A stretch of 64,000 nucleotides of DNA from Massalongia carnosa (GCA_965645245.1 OZ287073.1:868001-932000); one strand, 5' to 3'. Shown: positions 36,363 to 50,910, counted from the first letter of the stretch. Numbers and translations: made by a program. Notes: generated by a model from the letters alone, not told the origin.

Positions 36363-37610
36363 ACGTAATTCACCGCTATTCGGAACACCCGCTTTTCGGA
36401 ACTAACAAATTTGATACCAACCTTCGTAATTTATTATCACCGCCGCATCCACAAAACTTCCAGCACATGTACTCGGGAATTGATGAACAGGTTCTAGAGA
36501 ATATATGTAGCTAGCATAAGCTTGTAGAGCTACAATTTACGAGTGTTACGAATGACACGACCGCGCGAGCTAACCCGAACCTCTAAAACTTCCTCCTTCT
36601 CCCCCTTTCCTACAATTTCCACATCACCCTGTGCCAACTCAGAGGTATTTTTCATTCTTGATATACATTTTCCTTTATTTAGAGCAGTTTTTTTAAACCC
36701 TAGGTCACCCTCAACTGTCTCCTCAAAAATATGAGGTGTAATCTGAAGAAGGTCGTGAAAAGCGTTTTGAAGGATAGAATCGTCTCGTTTCTTATTTTTA
36801 GGTAAAGATCGAGATTTTACGGAATCAGGCCCGTATATCAGGTCGGGTCCAAGTCGCATAAGGTTTTTAGATACCTAAGAAAATAGTCGATCGTTCTGTT
36901 TTTCTTTCCTTACCTGTGATCTAGCCTCTTTCTCCTTTTTCTTATTATAAAGACTAATTGCTAACGAATACTACAGGATTCGTTCTGGTATTTATCCTAC
37001 TCACCCCAAGCCTATAGCCTTGGGAGCCTTGGAACCTTAGGAGCCTTGCAACCCACTTCTGACCTTATCGCCTTTACATTTTAAAATCCTGTTTGGCTCG
37101 TAATAATTCTTCTGCCATTTCGCGTAACTGCGCTATTCTAGGCGGAAATCCCCAAGACTGAAGTTGTAGCACCCAACTCTGAAGAGATCCTTCCTCCTCG
37201 GGCGTTAACCTCTGCTTTGAGGTAACGTACGATACCTGGTCCTGGCGACCGTTTATCCTGTGATACAATGTTGTTTTCGGTACCGCATGGAGCCAAGCAG
37301 CTTGCGTAATAGATAACGACCCTTCTGCCTCCTCGTAGACCTTAACAGCCTGTTTTAAACGTTCTCTAACCTCGTCTTTCAAGGTAATACGCAATCCCGA
37401 TTTTGTAACTCGAAACTGCCGGGAATAAGCCATTTCAGCGATGTAATTTATCGATAATCAGCTATTACAATAATTATAATACCCTTTGCCTTATTATATC
37501 AGTTTTAGCGTTTTCTTCAATAAGTTGTAGAAGAGATAATGGTTGAAAGTAAGTTTCGTGGTTTTGTTAGTTCCGAATAAGCGGGTGTTCCGAATACAGG
37601 TGAATTACGT
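36363..37610 (-). mobile_element. Non-autonomous Fot1/pogo deletion derivative (1248 bp)
   Basis: About 47-bp TIRs ACGTAATTCACC..TATTCGGAACACCCGCTT.TTCGGAACTAACAAA with TA TSD (36361-62, 37611-12). Keeps the HTH/CENP-B N-terminus (37074-37433) and C-terminal tail (36530-36859); no DDE domain. Confidence 0.9.
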
Positions 37611-37769
37611 TACCTGCATCACGTTTGCCAAGCACTTCTCTTTGCCTATCCTTGATAGCCCTAGACCCTCTTCTCCTGCATCCCGCTGCGCTGCCGTATG
37701 CCTGGTTGATTTTTTGTTCAACACTATTCATACTACTACTATTACTACTACTCCTACCACTCATTGCGT

Positions 37770-39360
37770 TGATCTCAATTCCGAAAATGCATCACTCAAT
37801 TGCGAAACATCATCCTTTCTAGGCTTCATAGTCTTAGCAACCTTTCTTGCAGCTGCGTTTTTCCTCTCCTCAGCCCTTGCTTGTTTGGCCGCTTGGTCGG
37901 CCCTCTGCTAAGACTCCAACTCCAACTGAGCCTTCGATTTTTTGGCTACCACACCCCGTGACCCTCGTGTTGTTGTTGCAGACGATGTGAATGATAGCTG
38001 ACTAGTGCGGATGTTTTTTTGACTGAGGCTATAAAGGGAAGGAGCTTTTGAAGAAGGAACCGTTTGGGAAAGAGCCTTTTGGCTATTTTTCGCCAGCACT
38101 TCATCAATATCCTCAAATGAATCGGAAGAAGATGCCGGGGATGGAGGGATAAAATCATCATTCTCATTCAGAGGGAGTGGAGGATCGGGGGTAGGCTGAG
38201 TTGCTATATATTGCAGGTCATCGTCGTCAGATACGATGATAGCATCTCCGGAATCTATACCGAATAATAGCCGCGCTACATCGATCAATTTGCTAATATC
38301 GTGAGTTTTTTTATCATCAATCATACCCTTGTCTTCACCGCCTGCCCGCAATTCATCCTCATGCCTTCCTCTCCTCCCTTCTTCAATCGAGTCCTTACGT
38401 TTAGCACGTCGCTACTTAGCTTCATCTGCCTCAGCTGCCTCACGGCCAGTGTAAGCCCGCCGGCGATTCCTACTCTTTTTATACATGAGGTTGTCCTTCG
38501 GTCGGATTTTGTCGGGGAAAGTTGTAGGGATAAGGGGCCTTGCCAGCTCCTTATCCTGCCATTTTTTATTGAGAATAGCAGTGAATTTGGCGAATTCACG
38601 AGCGTATCCCTCCCTTCTATGCACATTTTATTGATTTATGAAAATCAATAGATTGATGTGCGGCCGCATGTAGCAAATCAACACCCCCGCGACGAAATCT
38701 ATCCCCAGTATTATTGTCAACTGCCTTCTCGATCTCCTCTTCCGGCTCAGATTCTTGTCTTTGTTGAGCATTCCCCCCCTCATCCGCCTCCTCATCCTGC
38801 TCTTCTGTGGTCTTCCTGTGAGCTGCTCTCCGAAACATCTCAGCGAAACTTATGGTGGGGTCGAAAACCATTCTCCACGAGACCACAAAAGGCGGGCCAT
38901 CGAAAAACCAGCAGGGATGAATGAGGAAGATAGGTATGGGGACAACATCAACGACGCAATGATACAACCAGCATTTGCACGGAAGACCGTATCGTGAAGG
39001 CAAATCACAATCATACATACAATCCTAACCGATTGGTTCGATTAATGCAGTCCTTTCAACTCCAAAGAAACCTGTTGATTGAAATCTTCGGCTAAAAGTT
39101 TAGCTGCATCCAACTCTCTAGGTATGAGGTCAATAGCATGATGAGTTATTAAACCTATAAGGTCTTTGAACGCACTTCTATCCATTAGCCGGGGGTTATT
39201 GATTCGTTGATGATTGGTTGATATTTCGTAGTCAACCTGAACTCTTTGCACTGTTTCGCATATTTTCCGCACCGAGTCCTTAATAGGTGTATGCCTATTT
39301 GTCACATTCTTTACCAACGGATGCAAACCTTCCACCCTTTGTGTGCTATGTGCACCTAAA
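37770..39360 (-). mobile_element. Mutator-like (MULE) transposase remnant, C-terminal part
   Basis: STQRVEGLH (MULE catalytic-Glu-type motif) and CMYDCDLPSRYGLPCKCW (SWIM-like GLPC motif); several frameshifts and stops. No TIRs found; ends approximate. Confidence 0.65.
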
Positions 39361-42300
39361 TTAGGGATAATTTGCTTAGGTATACAACGTTCTCAGCTAG
39401 AGGAAGAGACGGTGAACGAGGTATATGCACCTAATTATTTAGTATGGGGAGGTGGCTTTTAGCTAGTCCTAATTTGGAATGATTTTCGCTTGGGGGGACG
39501 GTGGGGGACTGTCCCGAGTCTTCTCGGATCCAGGCCATGAAAGGAATCCCCAAAAATCTGCAACTTTCTGTGCTCTTTTTGGACATTTTGCCTGTATATA
39601 TTGAAGATGAGGCATCGCTAAACGGGATTTTCAGTCGAGGCATTAGCAAGCCGAATATGTGTGCATTTGCGATAGAGCACAAGATTGTATGGGATGGCTA
39701 AAAAGGAGACCTAATGGTTATCCAACTATGGTTTTGGCCAATGGAACGAGGTCAATATAACTGAAAACAATATCAGAATGGTCGTTCTTAAGAACATCCT
39801 ACATGATGATGCATTTTAAGGAGGAGAAAGAGGTGAAGAGACCATCTTTCACAAAGAATATTTCGCGTGTAATGCTATATACGGTAGCTAACCTGAATTT
39901 CTAAGGCAAACTTGGCTCTGCAATACACCAAGGATTGAACATGCAAAATGAGACTCCATCCTCGCTCCTTTGCAGATATGAGGACTTGGAGAGTATGAGG
40001 ATTAGGAAGATATCAAGAGTTGTGGTCAACGCGAAGAAACCATTGCTTACCTCTAACAGTAAACTGCACTTAGGTATCCAATAGTTCAGGGTGCTATTCC
40101 CTTCCTCAGCGGACATATGACTACGCAAAGATCTAGACCATCCTCCGTATTAAAACTTCTTTGAAATGTGAGCATGGATACGAACTGTTGAACACCGTTC
40201 GATAAAAGCTTTGAGTCTCCAAGCCATGTTGCTAAGTTTTGACGAAAATGGCTCTCAATGGTCTGTACTAAATGGTACGATTCATACCTGCGCGCCAAAA
40301 AATGGTTATAGTCATCTATGTATTCTCGAACTATTAATGACGTGCTTCGGCTTGACCTGAAACTAGGATGATCCAGCGGATTGCATACACGACAGTGCTT
40401 AATAGGATACTCTTTTAATAATGCCATTGGCTGAATGCCAAATAAGGATAAACCAATATATAATCAGTCCGTCTCAAGGTTCGAGAATGGCCTTACGCCG
40501 TACCTATACCGGCCTCATTCCGAGAAGATGCATAGCCTTAGCAACAGGAGCTAAGATCATTATTGGTGCCCTTTTGCATGAAGTAGGGAAGAATAAGACA
40601 CAAGTAGAAATGGAAGTTTTCGATCAAAGATGCTATAGGAGTATGAAAGTGAGTGCCCGCTATGAGCCATTAAGGACTAAGAACATCAGCAATACTAGAT
40701 GCCACTTCTTAACATTGGGGCTAAGACACGACCTCAAGTTCAAGACGATTCGTTGCCGCCATCACAGCTTGGAGTTGCTGTACTTTCTGTTGTTAAACCC
40801 GGCTGGATAACCGCAAATGCTGCCTAAAGTATTTGGCCTCCTGCTATGGCTTAGAGATTTAGATTCCTATTTCCGCATAGAGAAACCGTCATACTCGGTG
40901 GCTGGATTCTTTTTCTGCTAACAGATTCCATTCTTCTATCCAAAAAGACAGCCAATCTTTGATGTCGACTGGGTTTAGATCCTGACAAACCAAGAACTCT
41001 CTCCGAGGGTCCACCTCCTGAAGGAATGCCTGGATTGAGCAAGGGTGCACTTGGTACGGAGCATCATGATTGCGGAGTGAACCGGAACTATTTTGGCTTC
41101 CGGGGATAGATGATCTACAACTAGGTTAGGGGCCTGCTAAGGTTTTTTTCAACTACAAGTACGACTTACAGCATCTTGTTAGGATAGGTATTGAATTTGC
41201 CAGAGGGAAAATTCATATATTGCACAATAAGAAGTAGGATAGCGGAGTTGAGCCCCAAGAAGGCCTGAAACCGATCAGAAGCCTGGACGTTGTCGTTACC
41301 TATCTCCAGGTTGGAAACAAGTAGTCGCTCTCATATATATGGCCTCAAATGCTTAGAGACTCCGGTTGACTGGGGTGATGATGAGAGCTACTGGTAAATA
41401 CTCTATCGGAGAAAGAAATGCTGATGTCCTCATACCAGGTATTTTTGGGGTTATCATATTTATGATAAAGTCCTCGGGCATCACACCATGATGTGCAGCT
41501 CGAGCATCAGCCACCGACTGAGCTTCCCCTGAATCAGGCATCGATCAAGAGTCCATGAGAAGCAAGCCAGCCAAGCCGACCGCTTCTTGCGATACTATTC
41601 ATTGTTTTAGCCGTGACAAGGTGCTGTTACGGTGCATGATAACTTCTTCACGACCAATTGACCGTCGTGCTGTTTCCCCACCAAGTATGACATTCACTCA
41701 TCAACACAGTGTAGGTACCGGGAACCAGCGAAGAACTCTATAAGAATCACTTAGTCTAGTCGCATTCCAACGCATAATTTTCGCAGCTACGGTTCGTGTC
41801 TGTATGTATAGAGTAAGAGCATCCATATTCTAAAGCTCACTGCATCAAAAAGTATCTTGGATTACCATACCTTCTAGCGTCATTATGTTATACTCATTGA
41901 CCATAAACCTACCACGGACCTTGTGATTATTGGTGGCTTCCGGAAGCATCTTTCTTGTCCGCGCACATTTCGTTCCGAAGGCAATAGCGGAAAGAGCTGC
42001 ATGGTAACTCAGCAAAACCTTCGGTGGGTTGCGTTTACATCAGGGTAAAGTTGCTTCAGCTTCAAGTAGTTACAGCACCCGGAGCTGTCTCCTCAACAAG
42101 CCTCGACCTCGCCGTATATTTTGCCATCTCGTCTTGATTCGGCTCGTTGGGGAAGAACCTGCTAGCGCTAGCATGAAGGATTACCTATCTAGCGATTTAG
42201 GCCGCCATAATGATTTGCAGGTCCCCTACGGCATGAACGAATAACGGAACATTCAAAAGCGCGATCATATCTGTGGCTCGATTCAATTGGAATCGCGGGG

Positions 42301-45300
42301 AAGCTCGCGGCCCGATCTTATCTTGCATTAGTCCCGGCCAGGGAATCTCTTTTAGATACATCCCTTGGTCTCATACTTTCTCTGTCACGTCTGTGTACTT
42401 ACTCTATGTACCTACTCTGTATACTTACTTACTCCGTACACTTCGATCCTCTGCCCGAATCCACACCCACCAAAACAACGGCACTTCGGAAAAAACCAGG
42501 ATGAAAACGAGAGTGGCCATCACTTTGAGTTCTGCACTCCTGATCTAACCTTTTTAGCTTCTTATACCTCCAATAAAACACATTGCTCTACTTTATATCC
42601 CCTTGTGATTCAGTGCCTGCGTTCAAGATTGCGCATGTACAAGCAGTGGCTTGAACATGTTTCTCCTATTGCTCAGGGATTCTAGCTTGCGAAAATGTCG
42701 AAGTGACGCTTTCCTCTTATGCTGGCTAACGTTGCGATTACCCAAATCATACCACTCGGCTACCTATCAATTGCGTTCCACTTTACATTAAGCTGTTTAC
42801 TAAAGATTACGTCTCACAGGTAGAGCTAGGAAATAGAAATCCTGGCGTCGTTGTTGCAGCATCATAGTTGAGTGGGTTTGCTCAGACACCACTAAAAGTC
42901 GCCAGTCACCCACATCCAACACAAAGCACGTTTTCTAATGTCTATATATATTCCTTCGTACTAGAAACTGGAATTACCTCATTGATATCATTCATGTTGA
43001 CTCTGCATGTGCGCAACTCTCTACGTATCTCTTGTCCTGTTTCCTTGAAAAGCGCCATGCGCAATAGAAATGCCGAACGGTGTCCACGGACGATTTACGA
43101 TCCAGCGCTTACTCGAGCTCTCAGACTATTCTAGGTTCATGAGTGCATGAACTACTGGAACTTTCGCATGCTTTTGCCGCTTGTCTTGGACACATACGTT
43201 CATGTTACCACGGTGCGCTATCGAGCATGAGCGTCGTCAAATGCCATCCATTCAATGCCCGACGCTTTTGCACTAATCCGGCAAACGTTGTTGGGATTTT
43301 TAAGGCATTACTTTCCTGACGCCCGAAGCTGAGGTGGCTGAGAGGAGCAGAACAGCGTCAAGATTGTTCATTTAGCCCCACACCTATTCATAAAGTAGTT
43401 CATCTACTTCTCCTTAGCATTTTAATCCGTCAATTCTCAATTGACGATCCTTCGGATTTCCTTATCCAGAAATAGAAGTGTTCTTTCTTTGCGGGGCACT
43501 ACGATTTTCTAATTGTAGCAACAGTGTGATTAAAGTGACATTCCATATGCTCCCCAAGTAATAGGTTCTGGATTTCGGCCATCATCGGACTCAAAGAAGT
43601 TCTACTGCTCAGCTCAACCTTGCTGTTAGGGTTCTCTCTTTGGAAATGGCGTTGGTCTCCCGTGACTGAGACTGCGATTCTCTAGCGTACTACGTTATCC
43701 ATCATCGTTGCGTGCTCTACCCGGTCCTTTTTCTAGTCAGCCTGTTCAAAAGTTCATATATTCTGTCAGGGCTTGCTACGGAGCCGTGCTTTCCCGGTCT
43801 TTTCGACCGCCATCAATGATTGGTGGTGCTCTTTTCTATGCGAAAACCCCCACAAACGGGCGCCTATGATGAAACATGGCCTAGATCGGAGTTCGTTGGT
43901 AAGTTTCTCGGTTAATGCGGAGGCTTCGACTTGAGTATTCATCCCTATTCAGCCTCTCTCAGTCCGAGTCTGGCTTCAATCTACTCCGCTTGCATGTCGT
44001 ATTACAATGCTGCGGTAAATTTTCAAGCCGGTGGCTATGAATATGTCTTAGCATGCGTACGGTCGAGAACTGTTTCCTAGATCTGAAGATATCTGGGAAA
44101 AGAACTATTCTGAGGCTGGATTTGCCCAAGCATCATGGAAAGCCCATTCGTTATGCGAAGAGAGCGCTGAGGCAGTAGAAGGCGCTTATCGACTGCTGGC
44201 CAAGCCAACATACTTTGATGTTAACTGTTAGGTTCTTGGAAGGAAAAAAACTAGACGGATCGGCGTGTGCACGGATTCTACCTAAATAAAACACGTGCAG
44301 AGTAGAGACTCCTCCACAAAACTGCTGTCAGTACTATTCATTCGATCTTTAATCGAGTATACAGAAGATGAGGGCAACTTTAAATATGGAGAATTGACGA
44401 GCGAAAGGTTTCACCTGCGGCCCTCCATTTCGCCCCATTTCACAGCATTTATAGAAGAGCACTCATTATCCATTCCCAGTCCCTGCAGGCTCTGCACCTA
44501 ACCCTTCTCCTGCTCTCTATTGAATAGCATGAGGGAAGGCGGCACGCTTCCTGAGAAATGGTTGTCTCTCCGCATGCTTTATCCAAATCAACTTCTCGTA
44601 CCAGGTCTTGGGTGAAACAACATCCCTCGAGTGTTTGCTAACAGCATCCTAGTATTTTTGATACAGCTGTGGAGCGATATTCATCTATTCTACATTGCAA
44701 ATATTCCTTCTTGAGAGCGTAGCAACCTCAGCTCACACTCTAACAACCATGTCAGATCATCCGCCTGGTCTTACATGTTTGTAGGACATGCATACCACAC
44801 ACGCATGTTCTCGATCTTTCGCGCAAAGCAATCTACTTTTGGACTTTTGTCACCAAAATCCCTTCACACCCAAGTTGTTTAACCTCGAAATTAACTTAGA
44901 ACATGTATGGAGGTCCTTTACGCTATTCTTCAAATCGGACAAAAGCGACAGATGGAAAGAAAGTGGCCAATCTACTGAGATGAGAGACATGTTATCACTT
45001 GGCTACCGAGCCACTACAACACGAATGGAAGCCTTGAGACTGAACGATTCTTCGGATTTACATTACGGAGACAACAATAGCAACATTGATGATAGAAGAA
45101 TGTCTCTCCTAAATACGAGAGCATAGGTGGGAGGATCTGCTTGGGAAATGCGATAGTGATTGATTAATAGAAGTGGAAAATAGGGAACATGGTGAAAATG
45201 ATTTAAAATCCAAGCTTACCTTTTCATAGACACAAGCTTCTTTGATCACTATATACATTACCGCTCTCAATCGCTCTCTCAATTAAACCTCGCCAAAGCA

Positions 45301-45935
45301 TCTGTGCATTCATCATCTATACCGGGCTATTGAGTCTCTGGAGCTGCTATTTCACAAAACGATAAGCTAACCTTCTGCAAACAGGGCAGAGCCAAGACTG
45401 CAGTAGCACCACCTCCTCCTTCTAACTTGTCATCGTTTAGGCCTTCTTCATGTTAATAGTTGCTCTTACTGCTTATCTCCTTTAGGTTGCGCTGCATAGA
45501 ACAGGTACAGCGGAATAAGAGAATCATCTGCTCGCTTAAGAAATCGTGATGGGAACTCCATCTTATCATAGATTGACAATCCTTCGACTCTACGTATTTA
45601 CCGAAACAGGGAGCCACCGCTCAATCTCAGCTATTTTCTCCCATCCCGGATTTTCGTTAAAACAGTTTTCCTGTAAGCGCAAGAGACTAATGCTGGACAG
45701 TCTCATTAGTCTCATTATTCTTCCCATTTCGAGTTTTGAAATATTTCCCCCAGCCAAAAGGAAACAAACATGTAACAGATCTATCAGAGGCTCGTTATTC
45801 CAACTGATTCCCATACCACAAGCCAAATGTTTCTATCGAATCCATATCTGGGCTAGTATCAGTCAAACCAGCTTTCCTACCCCTCAATAAAGCCAGCACA
45901 ACTCGAAACAAAACTTAGCCTCTGCCGTTCAACTA

Positions 45936-46367
45936 TCACAAGACAATAGTCTCCCCGCTCATCCTCCTCAATGCCTCCGCTCTCTTCATCCTTGTTTTCC
46001 CCGAGCCCACTGGTGGAACCCCTGGCTCTGGTAGCTGGATGACGATGGTTTTCAGATGCGGAATCTCTATCACGCCGATCCATTCCGTTTGTCGCTTCGC
46101 TACGCGTTGTTGGCGGTTCCGTCGATGAACTACCGCCCAGGCCAGAACCGAGACAACGATCAGCGTGATGAAAGCAAGCATGAGGCCGACGATGATAGCG
46201 ATGGTGGGGGAGATATTGGGTTCCCTGCTGTCGATGTTGTTGGTGACGTTGAGGCTGACCGAGGACCCGTCATCCGGGTGGTTGAAACTCATGCTGGCTG
46301 GATATTCGCTGGCGGGATATGCGCCGGCCGTCGCGATGGGGAAGAGGTCAGGAGCTACCCTTCCCAC
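45936..46367 (-). CDS. Possible single-pass membrane protein; start uncertain
   Basis: Hydrophobic stretch IAIIVGLMLAFITLIVVSVLAWAVV followed by basic HRRNRQQR. The ORF begins at GTG; no ATG start identified. Confidence 0.4.
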   Translation of the reverse strand: MGRVAPDLFPIATAGAYPASEYPASMSFNHPDDGSSVSLNVTNNIDSREPNISPTIAIIVGLMLAFITLIVVSVLAWAVVHRRNRQQRVAKRQTEWIGVIEIPHLKTIVIQLPEPGVPPVGSGKTRMKRAEALRRMSGETIVL

Positions 46368-47523
46368 GGTGTCTGTGGTTTAAAAGATTGTGGAAACGAC
46401 TCCGTGGGTTTCCTTGCCCGTACTGACGGAGCCGGGAGTGATGACGGGCGGAAGGGGAGGCAACGATTGTTGACGGCACCAAGCCGGTAGTTATGTAAAA
46501 TTTCACTGTTGCGGTCTGCGTGATGACCGATCCACCAATCGTGACTTCGCGGAGGGAGATCTTGGTGCCCTATATCCAGGAGCGGGTTTGAGGGGGCGGT
46601 GAATGGGATGTCTGGAGTGTAGTGGGCGAAGGCATACAAGGGTATTTCTTTGCTTTTTATTCTTTGCCTTCTTGTTGTCTGCGCTTCCTAAGAAATATCG
46701 ATAAATGTTGCGAGGAAAACACAGATAGGGAAAGAGTAAGAGAAAGAAACCAGAAAACCCAAACCCGCGATAGATTTAAAGGGTTTCCCCTTGTCCTACA
46801 GACATCATCATGACAACAACAACAAGAACAACAAGAAAACAACTAGTCGTAACCAACACAACCGATAGAAATCAAAGACAAAGGCCCACAAACAAGGACG
46901 AACGAAACTGCGATAAAAGAGCCATCCATCCATCATCCATTCCCGTGACAAAGAAACAACCGGACAAAGCCTGCCTTCCAGTCAGAAATTGATGGTAGTG
47001 CAGGCATTGTTTGTCTGTCTGTTCACTTAATTGAGACCGATTTTCTCAATCTGACTTCTACTTGGGTTTATGGGGGGGGGGAGGCGAGCGGAAATGTTGA
47101 GTCAAGGAAGGAGACGTGGAGAGAAGATGGGGGTTTCGAAATGGAGTGGATAACTATGTATATCTATTCGGGGAAGGTTTGGGGATATCTCAATGGAGAA
47201 TTAGATATAGATAGGTATGTATGTATGCAAGTTACTGGTATCTAGGTAGTAGAATCGGGAATCGTATACCGAGTTTTTGGGGGGTGGAAAAAAAATTTAC
47301 CTGGAACGGATTCCCACACTAAGGGCCATGAAATTGGGTTCTTCTAGATGACATCGAAGTACATTTTTTCCGCATAACCTTTCAAACCATCAGATAGTGT
47401 ACGTTGGGGAAACAGCAAGATATGGCAAATACGGTTTGCAGCCAGGCATCAAGACCATAAGATTATTATGTTTTTCTCTTGAAAAAGTATAAAAAAAAAT
47501 CATAACCAATCAGCTGGATGTTC

Positions 47524-50012
47524 TTAGACATTTGGGATTCCACAGGATTTTGGCGAGGTGTGGACCTTGACAACTCCATCGTCATTGGCGATTGGCTTTG
47601 ACGGTTCCGGAGCCGATGCTGGTAGCCATTCGACCTGAATCGGTTGGTCCTTGTTGATCTTTTGGCCGTTGAAATCTACCACATGCAACGAGTTAGACTA
47701 ATCAGCATCGTCCACGCGAACTCTAACTTTGATGGAGGGAAGGAAAAACACACAAAGCTCAAAACGGATATCAGCGGGTCCGAACAAGACCTTGACCTGA
47801 TAGTCTACTTGATAATAGCGTTTCCCCCGAGTCCAGAAACGTTGGTTCTTCTCTTTGAAATTCGTCTCGTCGATGGAGGAGAGGTCGGATTTAACGTCGC
47901 AGAGAATCTGAGTATCTAGTACCGCGTCCCAAGTCATTCAATGGTTTGCTAGAATAAACACGGGGGGGCGGTCGATTCGTACCTGGACTCATATGAGAAT
48001 GGAGCAGGTTGGTATCAATGTGGGAAACCACAATGCTTGTTGGAAATGCTCTTCGAGGATCGCCAGGCGCAATCTTTCTAGTAAACTCTCGTATTATGGC
48101 TTGATCTCCAGATACGGGCTCGCCCTGAAGCCCAATTATTAATAAAAGTTGCTTGGAGATCGTGAACGAATATGCTTACCTTCTTGATGAACCAAGCGAC
48201 AGACTGAGTGACATACATTTTTCCACTCATCGGATCCTTGACTGTGACTCGACCAATATGTTGCGGATTGTTCCGGTCGTAGAGCTCTCTGCAGAGTGTC
48301 CCATAGGAAGCGCGGCAACGTCGCCATTTAAGAATGGATTTACCAGCTTTAAGCTTACATACTCGATCCGCCACGAGACCTTTGCAGACGGCCAATTGCG
48401 GATCTGGTGCGATACGAACTTGCATGCTTCTTGCATTGGGATGCGAGGCACCGAGAATATAATGAGACTTAAGTTGCTCTTGCACATAGGGGGAATGGCC
48501 TAGTCCCCCAGATAAAACTAGGTGCGCCTTTTTCGGGTCAACAATTGGCTTTCTTTTGAAGGAGATCCTGACAAACCACTTGATCATTGGGAAACTTTTG
48601 CTGCATGCTATTCAATTGAACATCAATCAGCTTGATCAGTTCCTGGATTTGCTTATTGAATAGAGACTGCAATTCTCCTCTGAACAAGATTAGCCAACTA
48701 TCTGATTGAGGTAAGAGTATCAAGTAATTCACCGGGAGAATTTCATTTCTCCGTTTGCGATTCCTACTACATGATTGACATATTCTGAGTTAATTCTGGG
48801 AACCGAAACAAAAAAAGCGGGTGTATCATCAGGACCACCATGTTCACACTTGGTGTTCTGAAAATCTCTACTCTTCATCATTTCCCACGCAGTTTCTTCG
48901 CACAACAGGTTTAGTTTTTCTGCGCGGTCAGCCTGTTCCAAGCGTGTCCTGACAAGTCGCTCGAAATCATAGTCGATAGCAGCAGAGCCAATTGTCGCGC
49001 CTATATCGAAATTAGCCTTAACAGATCAAGCAAGAAATCTTAATAGGCTGCAAATCTACCGAAGACAACATCAAGCTGTTGCAAGGACAGCGAGTCGGTG
49101 CTGGTATCAGTGACTTTGAGAACAGAAAGGTCCTAGAGAACATCAGTCTTAATATGCGCCTGCCTTCTATAGATGGTAAGATAATTGTACCGTGGTGCCA
49201 CCGCCTGCATCACAGACTAAGAGAATATCCCCTTCCTAGATTGTGTTAGATAGCCTTGAGGTCAGGATAGAAGCGTAGAATCTCTATAGAATTTATTGCA
49301 TACATTAAAAATACCAGAGGCCTCTATCGACGTATGTACGGCTGCAGCTTCAGCCTCCGTTAGGCCAATGCTCAGCGTATGATTCCAAGCTCTTCCAAAA
49401 CCAGCCCGTTCAGCAATTGCGCGGAACTTTTCCACTGTCATAGGTTTCCATGTTGTTGGCACACTGAATATAAACTCAACACCAGCGTTGTGCCAAGCTG
49501 TCCTTGATAGTTCCGGCGATAGCTTGAACTCAATATGACGATATAACAGCTTTAAGTAGTCTTCGTACCATCGTTCTACGTCCTCAATGGATCCAGGAGC
49601 GTCTTCGGGGTCATCAACCTGCTTATTTCTCAGTCTTATAGGATCTAAATACGTTTTGAACCAGTCTTTATAGTCCTTATCGTCTGCGTTCTGTTCGGCC
49701 GCGGTTTCGGACAGAAAGCCCCATGAGCATGGTTTCGGATGGATCCTGTTGGTTGGATACACTAGCACAGTTGGAACCTTATCCTCGTTCCCATTTGATC
49801 TTCCTGGCCACTTTTGAATCCATTTGACTATGTTGGAACGGATGGATAGATTTGCGTACGACACGCCTGCGGATCGAGGATAGCTTGTTAATGAGAAGGC
49901 GCCGAAGATAATCCGAAAAGGCTTACATAACTAGTTATATAAGTGCTTCCTTACCTGTGCAAGTCATGCCAAAATCTACTCCCACAATCAAATCCGGCTT
50001 TTCTCCATCCAT
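47524..50012 (-). CDS. Atypical Hsp70-family (HSPA12-like) actin-fold ATPase; multi-exon
   Basis: MDGEKPDLIVGVDFGMTCT/GVSY..IQKWPGR..KVPTVLVY, FIFSVPTTW, LTEAEAAAVH, LVCDAGGGT, VLSGGLGHSPYV, PQLAVCKGLV, CRASYG, YQVDYQVKV. Many short GT-AG introns. Confidence 0.9.
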
Positions 50013-50162
50013 ATCTCTCGATTTAACGGCAGCGATGCCTGTGTTCACAAGGCGTGTCTGCAATGCGACGAATATAGAAAGTGCGCAAGTGGCGACTGGA
50101 GTGTTTAAGTTCTTAACAGTCAGGGTGTACTCGTATTCACCCCCATTTGCAACACGCTAGTT

Positions 50163-50554
50163 AGTAAGCACCCGCATTAAAATACGTTAACTCCGGTACA
50201 TAAAATTTTTTACATTTCTTCCTCTTCTATCTGCATTATCAACTCAATTAATTCATTATGAACTCAGCAGACGAACTGCTCAAGAGGAGCGCATTTAGCT
50301 TGCTATTGCTGCTTATAGAAAATTATTTAATGACTGAAAAGCCGGCCTCAAAGCTTTCAAAGAGAAGTCATTCGTTCGAAAAATCGTTCGTCAGCATGAT
50401 ATCGTTCATTTCATTCTTATTAGACAACTTGCAGAAACGAAAACTCATAATGAAGCTGCTTTATTACAGCAGCAATTACTTTCGAAGAAGGAATCAGCTC
50501 TCGTGTTTAACGATTCAACCAGGTTGTGGAATTGACTATCTACTGTTATGGAGT
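50163..50554 (+). mobile_element. Heavily mutated pogo/Fot1 5' fragment, cut off by the LTR
   Basis: Reads QEERI*LAIAAY..SFVRKIVRQHDIVHFILIRQLAETKTHNEA..QQQLLSKKESALV, a psq/CENP-B HTH start degraded by C>T/G>A transitions. Left end approximate. Confidence 0.65.
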
Positions 50555-50910
50555 TGTGGAAGGATGAACTGGGTGGTGTGCGTGGTCCACTACTGCTAGG
50601 AGTGCAAGAGAACAAACAAACAAGAGAACAGAACAATAGAATAAGAACAATAGCTAGACTGATCACTGTAAGCCTCGCGCCTCGTGCCTGATGCCTCGTG
50701 CCTGTGAACTGTATGTGTTGATGCTATGTGTTGTGTAGCTATTGCTACGAGCATGCTTGCTCCAAAAGGAAAAGAACTATCTATAACTAAGCTAAAAGAA
50801 AGACTGTCACCTGACTTCCCCGCTACCTTTACCGAGTATCAGCCGAAAAGAACCAACTCCCGAACCGCTAGCAATTTGAATTTAGAGTATCACCGCTCCA
50901 CCCCCCTACA
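50555..50910 (-). repeat. 3' LTR (356 bp)
   Basis: TGTGGAAGG...CCCCTACA; near-identical to 61533-61869. Confidence 0.95.

Noticed and set aside
43625..43633. AACCCTAAC on the minus strand as a telomerase RNA template
   Set aside because: A 9-mer match can occur by chance; no pseudoknot or CR4/5-like elements identified by eye.
23300..50100. Starship-like giant element carrying the NLR, ART and Hsp70 genes
   Set aside because: No DUF3435 tyrosine-recombinase captain or element boundaries seen in this window.
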